From: Octopus sinensis
Lineage: Eukaryota
DNA: 64,000 bases
NCBI RefSeq assembly: GCF_006345805.1
Contig: NC_043010.1
Location: 26,722,001-26,786,000 of the forward strand
Reading direction: 5' to 3'
The first letter of the stretch is position 1. Every line of letters begins with the position of its first letter. This document shows, piece after piece, positions 38,601 through 50,224 of the stretch. The translations under genes were made by a program, and so were the position numbers. The notes beneath the pieces are model-generated. The model made no database searches. It was given only the letters and a program-made list of their open reading frames with translations, and had not been told where the DNA came from.

Positions 38601-38954
38601 GGCACTACCATCGGCAACAACTACAATCTCACTTGGCTTCACAACTCTACACAAGCTCAGTATATCCCACGGTACACATATAACAATAATCTTATATCCG
38701 GTTATGCACCTTGCAGTATGCAATTCAAAGCCTGTCCATAATATTTGGCTACCTGATGTCATCAATGGTGTAGAGGTATATGCCACTGGTTTTGCTTCAG
38801 GAATTCCTTTGTGCCTGGAGATTTTGTAAAATATATGAGAGAAAGAAAATGGAAGTAATGAGACCCTTTATTACTGAAATATTGTAAAGCATTGCACTCT
38901 TGAGGCAGTGGTGTATGTTGACTCGAAACAATCGTAGTGAATAACAGAGTCTCA

Positions 38955-39242
38955 TGAATGGCAGTGTAGTAAGTAGATTGCTTATGAACAACATGGTTCC
39001 GGGTTCAGTCCCACTGCGTGGAACCTTGGGCAAGTGTCTTCTACTATAGCCTCGGGTTGACCAAAGCCTTGTGAGTGGATTTGGTAGATGGAAACTGAAA
39101 GAAGCCCATCGTATATATGTATGTATATATATATATATGTATGTGTTTGTGTGTCTGTGTTTGTCTCCCCAACATTGCTTGACTAAAGGTGGTGCTCCAG
39201 CATGGCCACAGTCACATGACTGAAACAAGTAAAAGAGTAAGA

Positions 39243-39243
<1 letters not shown>
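38955..39243 (+). mobile_element. SINE-A with internal deletion
   Basis: Intact head and core; the tail jumps from cattgcttgac to taaaggtggtgctccagc. Confidence 0.8.
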
Positions 39244-39279
<36 letters not shown>

Positions 39280-39284
39280 GGCAC

Positions 39285-39597
39285 TTGGTCGGTTATGACA
39301 ATGTGGGTTCCAGTTGATATGATCAATGGAACAGCTTGCTTGCGTAATTAAGGTGCAAGTGGCTGAACACTCCACAGCCACATGTACCCTTAACGTAGTT
39401 CACGGGGAGATTCAGCGTGACATAGAGTGTGACATGGCTGGCCCCTTTGAAATACAGGTACGACAGAAACAGGAAAAAAGAGTGAGACAAATTGTGGTGA
39501 AAGAATACAGCAGAGTTCACCACCACCCCCTGCCAGAGCCTCATGGAGCTTTAGGTGTTTTCACTCAATAAACACTCACAACACCTGGTCTGGGAGT
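39285..39597 (-). mobile_element. SINE-D copy
   Basis: gttccagttgatatgatcaatggaacag...ggagattcagcgtgaca. Confidence 0.7.
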
Positions 39598-40379
39598 CGA
39601 AACATGGGCCATGACTGCTGAGGATATGCGTAAGCTCGCAAGAAATGAAGCCAGTATGCTCCGATAGATGTGTAATGTCAGTGTTCATACTCGACAGAGT
39701 GTAAGTACCTTGAGAGAAAAGTTGGACCTAAGAAGCATCAGTTGTGGTGTGCAAGAGAGATGTTTGTGCTCGTATGGTCATGTAGCGAGAATGGATGAAG
39801 ATAGTTGTGTGAAGAAGTGCCACACCCTAGCGGTTGAGGGAACCTGTGGAAGAGGTAGACCCAGGAAAACCTGGGACGAGGTGGTGAAGCACGACCTTCG
39901 AACTTTAGGTCTCACCAAGGAAATGACTAGAGACCAAGACCTTTGGAAGTATGGTGTGCTTGAGAAGACCCAGCAGGACAAGTGAGACCATAACCTGTGG
40001 CCTCAGTCCACTTATGCATACCTTTCCTACTTGGGACACAAAACTCTACTTGAGGCAAGTGAATATTAAAATCAAAATCAAAATCAAAATCGATCAACAT
40101 CAATGGAAATTGTAGCTGTGATACCAGTGCCGGTGGCACATAAGAGAACCATCCAAATGTGGCCGTTGCCAGCGCCGCCCCGACTGGCCTCTGTGCCGGT
40201 GGCACGTAAAAAGCACCCACTACACTCATGGAGTGGTTGGCGTTAGGAAGGGCATCCAGCCGTAGAAACATTGCCAGATCAGACTGGGCCTGGTGCAGCC
40301 TTCTGGCTTCCCAGACACCAGTTGAACCGTCCAACCCATGCCAGCATGGAAAGCGGACGCTAAACGATGATGATGATGA

Positions 40380-40383
<4 letters not shown>
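39598..40383 (+). mobile_element. 5'-truncated RTE LINE: ORF C-terminus plus complete 3' UTR (parent of the RTE-3p repeats)
   Basis: ETWAMT...YGHVARMDEDSCVKK...GRGRPRKTWDEVVKHDL, then the UTR with (aaatc)n, gtgccggtggcac hairpins and a (GAT)n tail. Confidence 0.88.
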
Positions 40384-40422
<39 letters not shown>

Positions 40423-40869
40423 TATGTGGTTTTAATATTTATCTTATATTAAACTTTTTAATACTTTTTGATAGTTATATATATTTAAAAAAATGAAAAA
40501 AAAATTTTTTTTTTAATTTAAATTAAAAAATTTTTAAAATTTGAATAGAAAATTTTTTAAAATCTTTTTAAATAATTAAAAAAATTAAAAAAATTAAATA
40601 AAAAATAATAAAAATAAAAATAATAAAATATATATATATAAATTTATAAGTTTAAATTAATAAAAATTTTTTTTTTAATTTCAACTTTTAGTTTTAATAT
40701 TTTAAATTTGAATTTTATATTTTATATATTTTGTATATTATATTAATTAATTTTATTTCCATGTTTTGGTTTATGTTTTTCACTGTTTGATTTGCCTAAT
40801 AGTGGTTTTATCTCTAATTTAATATATATATATATTTATACTGTAAAATTAGATTTAATCCTAAATCTA

Positions 40870-40925
40870 ATTTTTCCCTGTAAGTTTGGATTTACTCCCT
40901 AATATTATTATTATTATATTTATAT

Positions 40926-41020
<95 letters not shown>

Positions 41021-41024
41021 TTAC

Positions 41025-41072
<48 letters not shown>

Positions 41073-41134
41073 TGTATATATATATGTATTTATATATATA
41101 TGTGTGTATATATATATAATATATATATATACAC

Positions 41135-41220
<86 letters not shown>

Positions 41221-41233
41221 TATATATATATAT
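40870..41233. repeat. Long (TA)n/(CA)n microsatellite
   Basis: Directly visible. Confidence 0.95.
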
Positions 41234-41570
41234 ATAAAATTGAAAAATAGAGTCAACAAGGGGTACGGTTAGACAGCTATTTAATAAACACTACACCTGT
41301 TTTGATACAACATAGATCCATATATATGAGGATTTAAAGTAAGCAACATTTCACCTGTATAACAGATGTGTTAGCATCAAAGTCAAAGGTTTACTGATGG
41401 GGCAGCAATTACATATCACCTGAGAAGATACAACTGGATCTCATTAAACCTTTGCTTACTTTAAATCCTGTGTTTATGTGGATCTATGTTGTATCGAAAT
41501 ATGTGTAGTGTTTGTTAAATAGCTGTCTAACTTCACTCCTTCTTGTTGACTCTATTTTATTCAATTTTAT
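41234..41570. repeat. Inverted repeat 1 (arms about 115 bp, spacer about 105 bp)
   Basis: aaatagagtcaacaag...gttagacagctattta...gatacaacatagatcc...ggatttaaagtaagcaa mirrored at 41452-41570. Confidence 0.88.
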
Positions 41571-41698
41571 TTTCACACACGAAGAATGCCTAAACCTAGA
41601 CTTGGAAGTATACTGTAATACTACCAGCTATTTGGTAATTCTAAGGGTGAACTAGCTCTATTTTGTACTCTACTACCTTCCTGATGGAATACACTTTT

Positions 41699-41740
<42 letters not shown>

Positions 41741-41849
41741 TTCATAAATATGTATATATATATATATTATATATATATATATATATTATATATATATATA
41801 TATATACATACATTATAATGGAATAATTACTATGGAGCATTGTGTAGTT

Positions 41850-42160
41850 TATATTGTACAAAGGATTGTGGGTAAGGCCAGAACAAAGTGAAGTAAAAGC
41901 AAGGCAATTCACAAGAAAACAAATATGTGAATTAATGTAGACTTACCTTGGATTCAATATTTCGGGGTTATGACCCTATTTTCAAAAATTGACAATTGTT
42001 TCCAGTGTTGCCAATGTCAATTTCTTGAAAATGGGGTCATAACCCCGAAATATTGAATACAAGGCAAGTCTACATTAATTCACATATTTGTTTTCTTGTG
42101 ATTTACCTTGCATTTACTTCACATTGTTTTGGCCTTACCCATGATCCTTTATACAATATA
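41850..42160. repeat. Inverted repeat 2 (arms about 149 bp, loop about 13 nt)
   Basis: cacaagaaaacaaatatgtgaattaatgtagactt...tcaatatttcggggttatgaccc mirrored almost exactly. Confidence 0.92.
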
Positions 42161-42320
42161 TATGTATGTATATAGGTTAGTAGAGTTAGAGGTTGGTATA
42201 ACCATCTGAGGGATAAAAGTATTCATTATACTACCGGTATAATTACCTATGTTAACCCTGGGCATACATATGCAAGCATATTATGCTCATAGGTTACATG
42301 AGTTTATCAGGAATCAAATT

Positions 42321-42452
42321 TAAAGTAAACAGAAAATGGAGAAATATTGATCAGCAACAATTGATAAATAATAAAGAAATAATAAAAAATAATTTTAAGA
42401 AAAGTTGATGCAAGTCAATTTTTGTTGATCAATATTTCTCCATTTTCTGTTT

Positions 42453-42458
<6 letters not shown>
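42321..42458. repeat. Inverted repeat 3 (43-44 bp arms, 2 mismatches)
   Basis: aaagtaaacagaaaatggagaaatattgatcagcaacaattga versus 42415-42457. Confidence 0.92.
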
Positions 42459-42493
<35 letters not shown>

Positions 42494-42775
42494 GTATATG
42501 TATATATATAGTATTAATGAAATAGGAGATGGAATGTGTATTAGACTTTATTGAGTACAACACATTTAACTTGTCGTTCTGGATCTTCTGGTACATCAAA
42601 AAAAAAAGTCACACTAGAGATTTCTTGTGTCGGCTTGCTTACCCCAACTGCCACTGCAAAATTCCTGGAGTAAATCTACAGATAACAACAGGTAACCTAA
42701 ACTCTGCCGGTACTTTACCCACCATCTATTTTTACATTTTGTATAATTATTCCATTATATACGTGTGTGTGTATG

Positions 42776-42820
<45 letters not shown>

Positions 42821-42843
42821 TATATATATAAGTAGACAAATGA

Positions 42844-43308
42844 ATTATCTTATTACGGATAATTCGAAGGTTAACCGATACCTGGGTATCGGAAACTAAT
42901 CCCAATAGATTAAGGTTCTTATCAAATAACTCCAAAATTAGAAACGCCACTTACCAGTGCAAAATTTCTGCTAGATCCGATGTCTACCTCTATATCGGCG
43001 CTACCTCCTCTAAATTAGCCACAAGAATATCAAATCATTTTTCCACGTTTCGTGATGAAAGGAAACAACATGCCACGGGGCTAAGCAAATTAGTCTGGCG
43101 TTTGAAGAACGCAAATTCAACTTTTAGGCTGGAAAGGTCAATATTATCGGTGTCCTTACCGTTTGATAAGGGCAGAAAAATCTGTGCCCTCTGTAATCCC
43201 GAACTCTTTCATATTCTGTTTGCCCGAGGCCGACTAATAAACTCGATTGTTGAGAGTTCTTTCAGATGCCTACACTGGAAAAAGCATACCTTTCTCTCAT
43301 ACCAATGA
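42844..43308 (+). pseudogene. Penelope-type GIY-YIG endonuclease domain fragment
   Basis: Stop-free frame read by hand: NATYQCKISARSDVYLYIGATSSKLATRISNHFSTF...LSKLVWRLK...KICALCNPE...LINSIVE...CLHWKK. This follows the PLE pattern Y..(x10)YIG.T...R...H...LSK..W.LK...C.LC..E...N..C.H. Confidence 0.8.
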
Positions 43309-43883
43309 AGTCTAATATAGATAACCCCTGGATTTCCTAAAAAATTGAAAGGTGATATCTCATCCCTTTTAGTATAAAAGACTTTCTCATAGTTGCTAAG
43401 AACTACTACCAACCCCAACAGTAACCTTGTATCTTGTCATTACTATTGTGGCCTCCATCTGCCCTCTCCCTATTAAGTTGACACATTCGAACACACAGAC
43501 ACAGTCTTTTCAGTTCTTGACCGTTAATTCTTGCTATCTCTTTCTCTCTGCCTTCCACACACACATTCACGCATTCAAAGACACACACACACACACATTA
43601 AGGCAATTTTACACACTCATACATACGAGCACTCATTCATGAAATAAATCAAATATAAACACCAGTCATACAGAATATATTCCCTCACTTTAATTTTCCT
43701 ATTCCTTCCTTCTCCTACCTTGATTCAACCCTTGAACTTTTTCAACGGACAATTCCTCCTGCTTTCAACCAATCCGGCATCACCCCCTATAAATAGACAT
43801 TATTTATCATTATCTTTATGGGCTCCTCGTGAGCAGTCGTCGAAAAACTTGTTGTGCATTTTGTTGGAGAATTAAGTTCTTGG

Positions 43884-43969
43884 ATTTTCCTGAAGAGAAA
43901 GCTGCATAATGGACTCCTTATTCATTCGGAATTAGGGACTTAGCAGACTTCGAAACATATGTTGAAAAT
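43884..43969 (+). ncRNA. Type I hammerhead ribozyme, complete core
   Basis: Stem I AUUUUC (43884-89) / GAAAAU (43964-69); CUGAAGA (43890-96); stem II closed by G43897-C43951; GAAA (43952-55); palindromic ACAUAUGU stem III; GUU triplet (43961-63). Confidence 0.8.
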
Positions 43970-44442
43970 AAAATAATGGAATTTTGTTAAATCTTCGTTC
44001 AGCTCCATTCTTTCCTATACTATATATATATATATATATGTTCCTGCCTTTAGGCTTTCACTCCATACACGCCAGCTCAATTTGAATCATTCTCAGTCGA
44101 AAGACACCTGTTATTATTTCTTATTTGTATTCGTAATCCTGTACCATGTTCTCTGTTTTTTATGTTTGTTTGTATATTTTTGTCTTTGTTGCCATACACA
44201 TTCGCAAGTTTTCTTACAAAGGAGTCTAATGCTTTTAGCTTAGACTTTTTTGGGGAACAACCAGATCGAACCATTTCATGTATAACTGCCCGAAATGGTC
44301 ATAACTTCTGCTACTTGACTGAAGAAAGAAAGCCAAGAATGACTCGCCTTTTTTGCCTGTCCTTCAAATTGTTGTTTCTCTTGTCCGCCTTTGTGTTGTC
44401 TATCTGTCTGAACGTTTTAATGCCCTCTATTGTGTTTTTGTT

Positions 44443-44486
<44 letters not shown>

Positions 44487-44660
44487 CCATTATAATTTAT
44501 GTGTTTCGACATATAATTTGTCTATTTTCGGCATATTTGGCATGAGAATTTTGCTTTTGCCCTTATTTTATAAGTTATTTATAAATTTAACCTTTAAAGG
44601 TATTTTTTAATATGCTGGCCATTGATAATATTTTTTTTTGAAAAAATCTTATCCTACATT

Positions 44661-44700
<40 letters not shown>

Positions 44701-45320
44701 CATCATCATCATTATTCAATGTCCACTTTTCCACAAATTTTGTACAGTTAGATGTTGTTCTTGTAACCAGTTCTCTCCTATTTTCATGGAAGATAATATT
44801 ACCCCATGGTCAGACATTTTTTTCCCAGAAGACTGGAAACAAACAAACGTCACTTGTTTACAACCATCTTGTAGATCTTGTAGTGTCAAGACAAGGGTAC
44901 GTGAGTATATATGTATGCATGTGTCTGTGAGTGTGTGTCTCCTTGTCTTGATAATGCGTGGTAGTTGTAAAATGATTGTCACTGTTATACAAGTGATGTC
45001 ATTCACTTCAACCATTATGCAAAAACATGGGGGAAAATTATGTTGCTTGGAAACTAGTAGTGGTTGGGGATAGAAAGGGCATTCAGAGAGAATCTGCCTC
45101 AAGAAAATCTATCAAACCAGTGGAAGTATGGAAATGTGGGCATCAAAATGAATGTAAAAAGCACCCACTATGCCATGTAGACCTCACCAGAGCTGGTGCC
45201 ACATAAAAAAAACACTCAGTACACCCAGTGAAGTGGTTGGCATTCGGAAGGGCATCCAGCTGTGAAAACCTTACCAAAACAGCCTAGTGCAGTCCTCTGG
45301 CTTGGAAGCTCCTACAGTTC

Positions 45321-45388
<68 letters not shown>

Positions 45389-48300
45389 GAGAGGAGAAGC
45401 CTGCACTGAATAACAACATGGATGTACTAAACCAGGCTCTCCATTCAAAAACAAATCTAATCCAATAACATCGATGGAATTAGATAAAGGAACCTGAGGA
45501 AAACTTGAAGGAAGCGACCTTTTAAGGAAGACACTAAGAAAAAAACGAAATTTTACTGCCATACAAAGTACAGTTTCTCCTACACACGGTGTCTCAATGA
45601 AACATGTGCGAAACACACACGCGATATCAACACTGGAAAGTTTGCATAGAATAAAATAGAAATGGACCAAAACAAAAACAAAAAACCAGTGAGTACATAA
45701 ATTGAGTAATTACGCATACACTCGAATGTCTACACAATCATATATACATTTTGATACCCATAGGACTACACATAGATCCCAAAGTTGAACACACTAAGTG
45801 AAATTTACAGGACACACACTCACGCACATGAAAACACGTGTCACAAACCAAGCAAAAACAAAATCAAAACTTTTTGTTTTTCTTCTTATTTTCTTCTCAG
45901 AACTACCACAGACAGAGTGAACCTTTCATAAGGGTAAAAAGCATCACAAAAAAAAAACTATGTTCGGAGGTAAATCTATCAACAAAAAAAAATAAATAAA
46001 AAAATAAAGACGAATACAGATCTACTAGCCTTAAGAAATTATGCTACGGGCAATGTTTAAATGCAGAGGTGGTGTCATCGCAAAAACTTAACCCTAAACT
46101 AACAGATCTGACTCCTAATGTAAGAGCCGAAGCTCGTCATGCCTCAATGTCAACAAAACAAATTACAAACTGCAACGGTCATCGATCGGTTTACAAAAGA
46201 CCACAAACCCGAATATTGAACCAAGTTCTGATTAAAAAATCAGCCACTGGTTCAAATTTTCCCGACACACAGGAGCTATTCAATCAGAATATTCCAACAG
46301 ATGGCCATCCATGCCCATCATCAAGTAACCAAAAGAAAAAGAATGAAAAATGGTCTAGGGAAGATAACAAGGAAGTTCTTGCGGCCTTCTACCATGCCAT
46401 ATATTTCCCCACAGATAAATCTAACACTATACAAACCTACATAAACTGGAGATAGAAACATCCTGAAGTAAGACCCTACATAGACAGTAACAAGCTTGCC
46501 AATGTTAGAAGAAACATTATAAAAAAGAAATTACTGACTGAAGTAGAGATTGATCAAGTTAGACAAGCAGTAACGGATAAAAACAATCAAGCTGCAGCTA
46601 AAGAAGATAATACAGAGGAAATAATTATATAGCAGCCCAGGGCTGATAAAAACACAGTAAGGATTGAAAGAGTTAGTATAAGTGGTAGGCAAGGTGAAAT
46701 ACTCCCTGAACCAAATATAAACACTAAGACAGATGAACATCAAATAGATGAAGAAAGTCACACAAATATTGACCCAACAGAACTACATGAGCTAAAGAAT
46801 CAAATCATGATTGAATAGCTGAAAATTAAAGAAGCCAGTATGAATGAACATGATACACTCCCTAAAATCCGCAACTCTAACCAAAACATGAAAATAATTG
46901 GTAAAATCCGCCTTGCACTTAAGGAGATAATTTCAGCTAATGATGTCGATATCACAGATCTCAACCACCTGTACTATGCATCCGTGAAAATCTCAACGAT
47001 TCTGTGGTGCAAAGATTAGAAAACGGCAACATTCCCACAAAAAGCCTTCTTGGCAAGAGCATATCCAACAACAAATTAAACTACTTAGGTCTGACATTGA
47101 ATATTTGAAAAACCTTAAGGTTGACAAGACTACCAAACCTACAAAAAGCAAAAAATTAAAGAAAAAATATAATATGAAAACTATACTTGATATTGATGCC
47201 ACCATAGAAATCATCAAGCAAAAGGTATCTGCTAAAGCTGCCCGCATAGTGAGGTATGAAAAGCATGTTAGATTCTTCAAGGACAACATGTTCAAAAATA
47301 ACTCCAAAAATTTTTACAGGAAGATAGGGAATACACCAGTTACTGTAAAGTCTGTACCATCAAAAGAAGAAGTGCACGGTTTTTTAAATAAGATTTGGGC
47401 AGAAGAAAAAACACACAATGAAAAGGCCCCTTGGATTGATAGAATAGATATGGACTTGTACTCCTTAGAGGAGCAAAAGTGGGAGGGTGTCAAGGTAGAA
47501 GATGTAAGATCTGCTCTCAGGAGGTCAAGCAAATGGAAGTCTCCAGGAAAGGATAAAATTCCTAACTTCTGGTTGAATGCCTTCCCAGAGAGCCATGAAC
47601 TACTAACAGAACTTTACAATGGTGTTTTGCAACACCATAGTAGGATGCCTACTTGGCTAGTTAATGGGTTAACATTCCTGCTCCCAAAAAGTGAAGAAAC
47701 AAATGAACCCAAAAACTATAGACCCATAACCGGCTTAACAACTTTGTATAAAACGCTAACATCTGTCCTAACGGAATATACCTATAGTTTTTTTAATAGA
47801 CAGCTGCATATTCCCTAATGAATAGAAAGGATGTAAACGTGGATCCTGTGGTTGTAAAGATCAGCTACTCATCAATAAGATGATCTTAGAAGATTGTCAC
47901 AAATGACACAAAAACTTATCAATAGCCTGGATAGACTATAAAAAGGCTTTTGACAGCCTACCAAATAGCTGGATAAAGAAATGCCTGGAAATGTATTAAA
48001 TAGTGCCTACTCTGCGAAACTTTTTGTCAGTAAGTATGAGATCATGGAGAACCACACTAACTTTGAACAGTGACAATGAATCTCTAAATGCTGGTGATGT
48101 AAAAATTTCATGTGGCATTTTCCAGGGCGACTCACTATCACCACTCCTCTTCTGTTTAGCCTTAATGCCTGTCTCAAAATTGCTCAATGATGCACAGTAC
48201 GGATATAAAGTGTTGGATAAATATATAAACCATCTCATTTACATGGATGATTTAAAGCTCTGCAAAAAATGACCCACAACTCAAGGGCTTATTAACGATT

Positions 48301-49981
48301 GTTAAACAATTCAGCAATGACATCAGAATGCAATTTGGCCTCGATAAATGTGCAAAAGCTACTTTTATCAAAGGAAAAATGACAGAAACATCTAACTTTT
48401 ACCTCGACCAGCAGAATGTCATAAAAGAGTTAGACCCAGCGGAGAGCTACAAGTACTTAGGGGTAATTGAAGGGATGGAATAAGGCATTCAGTGATGAAG
48501 GAAAGGATCAGGAGAGAATGTTATCGCAGAGTAAGAGCAATACTCAAGACAGAGCTGAATGCGAGAAACAGGATTGAAACGATCAATGCTTTAGCCATAC
48601 CAGTTGTGACTTACAGTTTCAATATCATTAACTGGTTAATTACTGAAATATGTAATCTTGACAGAAAAATATGAAAACTGTTGACAATACATAGAATGCA
48701 CCACCTTAAGGCAGATATAGAATGACTTTATCTGCCAAGAAAAGAGGGAGGCCGTGGACTTTTACAACTAGCAATAACAATGAAGATTGCTACAATTGGC
48801 CTAGACACCTACCTGAAAAACTCTGAGGACTGGATGTTAAAACTTCTCTCAAAACATGAAAACAAGAAAGCATCATACTCAGTAACAAAACAGGCAAAGG
48901 AATATATAAGTGAATTCCAAATACAACAAATTTTGGATTTAGACACACAAGAAACAAGCACAGAAAAAGCTAAGTGCATGAAAGCCCATGCTAAAACTGC
49001 TGCCTTAGATATTCTGAATGATAAATGGCAAGAAAAACCTCTCTATGGCAAATACCCAAAGAGAGCGAATAATGCAGATGTTGACAAAGCCCTAACCCAT
49101 CAATGGCTAATGGCCTCTGGCTTAAAATCTGAAACAGAAGGGTTTATCATAGCAGCTCAAGATCAATGCCTACCTACAAGGAACTACCAGGCCAACATAT
49201 TAAAGAATGGCAGTAACCCAACATGTCGTGTATGTCAACAACAAAATGAAACCATTGATTATGTTGTCTCCAAGTGCAGTCTTCTAGCGTCTACAGAGTA
49301 TCTCAACAGGCATGATAGAGCTGCACAATATATTCACTGGGTAATTTGCAAAAGCCCGGACTTGCTCCATGATAAAAACTGGTGGGAACACAAACCACCT
49401 CCAGTGCTTGAAAATGACCACATCTCACTCCTCTGGAACTTCACCATTCAAACTGATAGAAAGATAGACACGAATAGGCCAGACATCATAGTAAAAGACT
49501 TCAGACAAAAAACATGCCTCCTCATTGATATGACTGTTCCAATCAATATAAACGTATCTGTCAAGACCTACCAGAAACTGAGCAAATATAAAGATCTTGA
49601 AATAGAAATCAGCAAAATGTGTAATCTGAAGACTAAAACAATACCTGTTGTCATAGGTGCCCTGGGAATGGTAGCAAAAGGGGCTGATTGCTACCTAACT
49701 CAGATACCAGGAAACCCAAAAATGGCAGAAATTCAAAAGATAGTGTTCATGGGAACTGCTCATATCCTACGCAAAATACTTTCTATGTACTCTCAAGTTT
49801 TAAAACAAACATAATTTTTGTATGGTTTTTTAGGCATTCACTAGTACAACACTAAGTACAAAACCAAATATATGGCACCCTAGGCATAACACCAACATGA
49901 ACTTCCAACTTGTTGTCTCTTGAGGTCTCTGGGTGAGACTTGGAGCTAGCTTGTACAAATATAAAGCAAAAGTCAAACATA

Positions 49982-49982
<1 letters not shown>
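45389..49982 (+). mobile_element. Dong/R4-clade LINE copy 1 (near full length, degenerate)
   Basis: Follows (TAA)n at 45323-45388. Myb-like EKWSREDN; RT (KWKSPGKD, GIFQGDSLSP, YMDDLKL); RLE ORF 48780-49814. Membership of 45389-46060 as 5' UTR is assumed. Confidence 0.9.
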
Positions 49983-50048
<66 letters not shown>

Positions 50049-50074
50049 TAATAATAATATAATAATAATAATAA

Positions 50075-50113
<39 letters not shown>

Positions 50114-50135
50114 TAATAAATAATAATAATAATAA

Positions 50136-50166
<31 letters not shown>

Positions 50167-50177
50167 TAATAATAATA

Positions 50178-50223
<46 letters not shown>

Positions 50224-50224
<1 letters not shown>

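Larger units (their letters stand above)
42831..44020 (+). mobile_element. 5'-truncated Penelope-like element (GIY-YIG end plus pseudo-LTR), flanked by (TA)n
   Basis: GIY-YIG reading frame, then a non-coding region with ctataaatag (about 43786) and a hammerhead about 50 bp before the 3' (TA)n. Confidence 0.72.

Noticed and set aside
39614-39655. CUGAGGA-hairpin-GAAA motif
   Set aside because: No NUH triplet or stem III, and it lies inside RTE coding sequence.
40390-40870. Extremely AT-rich homopolymer-laden stretch
   Set aside because: No structure or repeat unit found; it looks like low-quality consensus next to a long (TA)n, so no biological claim is made.
44285-44345. GAAA...AUA...CUGAAGA order suggesting a permuted hammerhead
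   Set aside because: Neither stem I nor stem II can pair.
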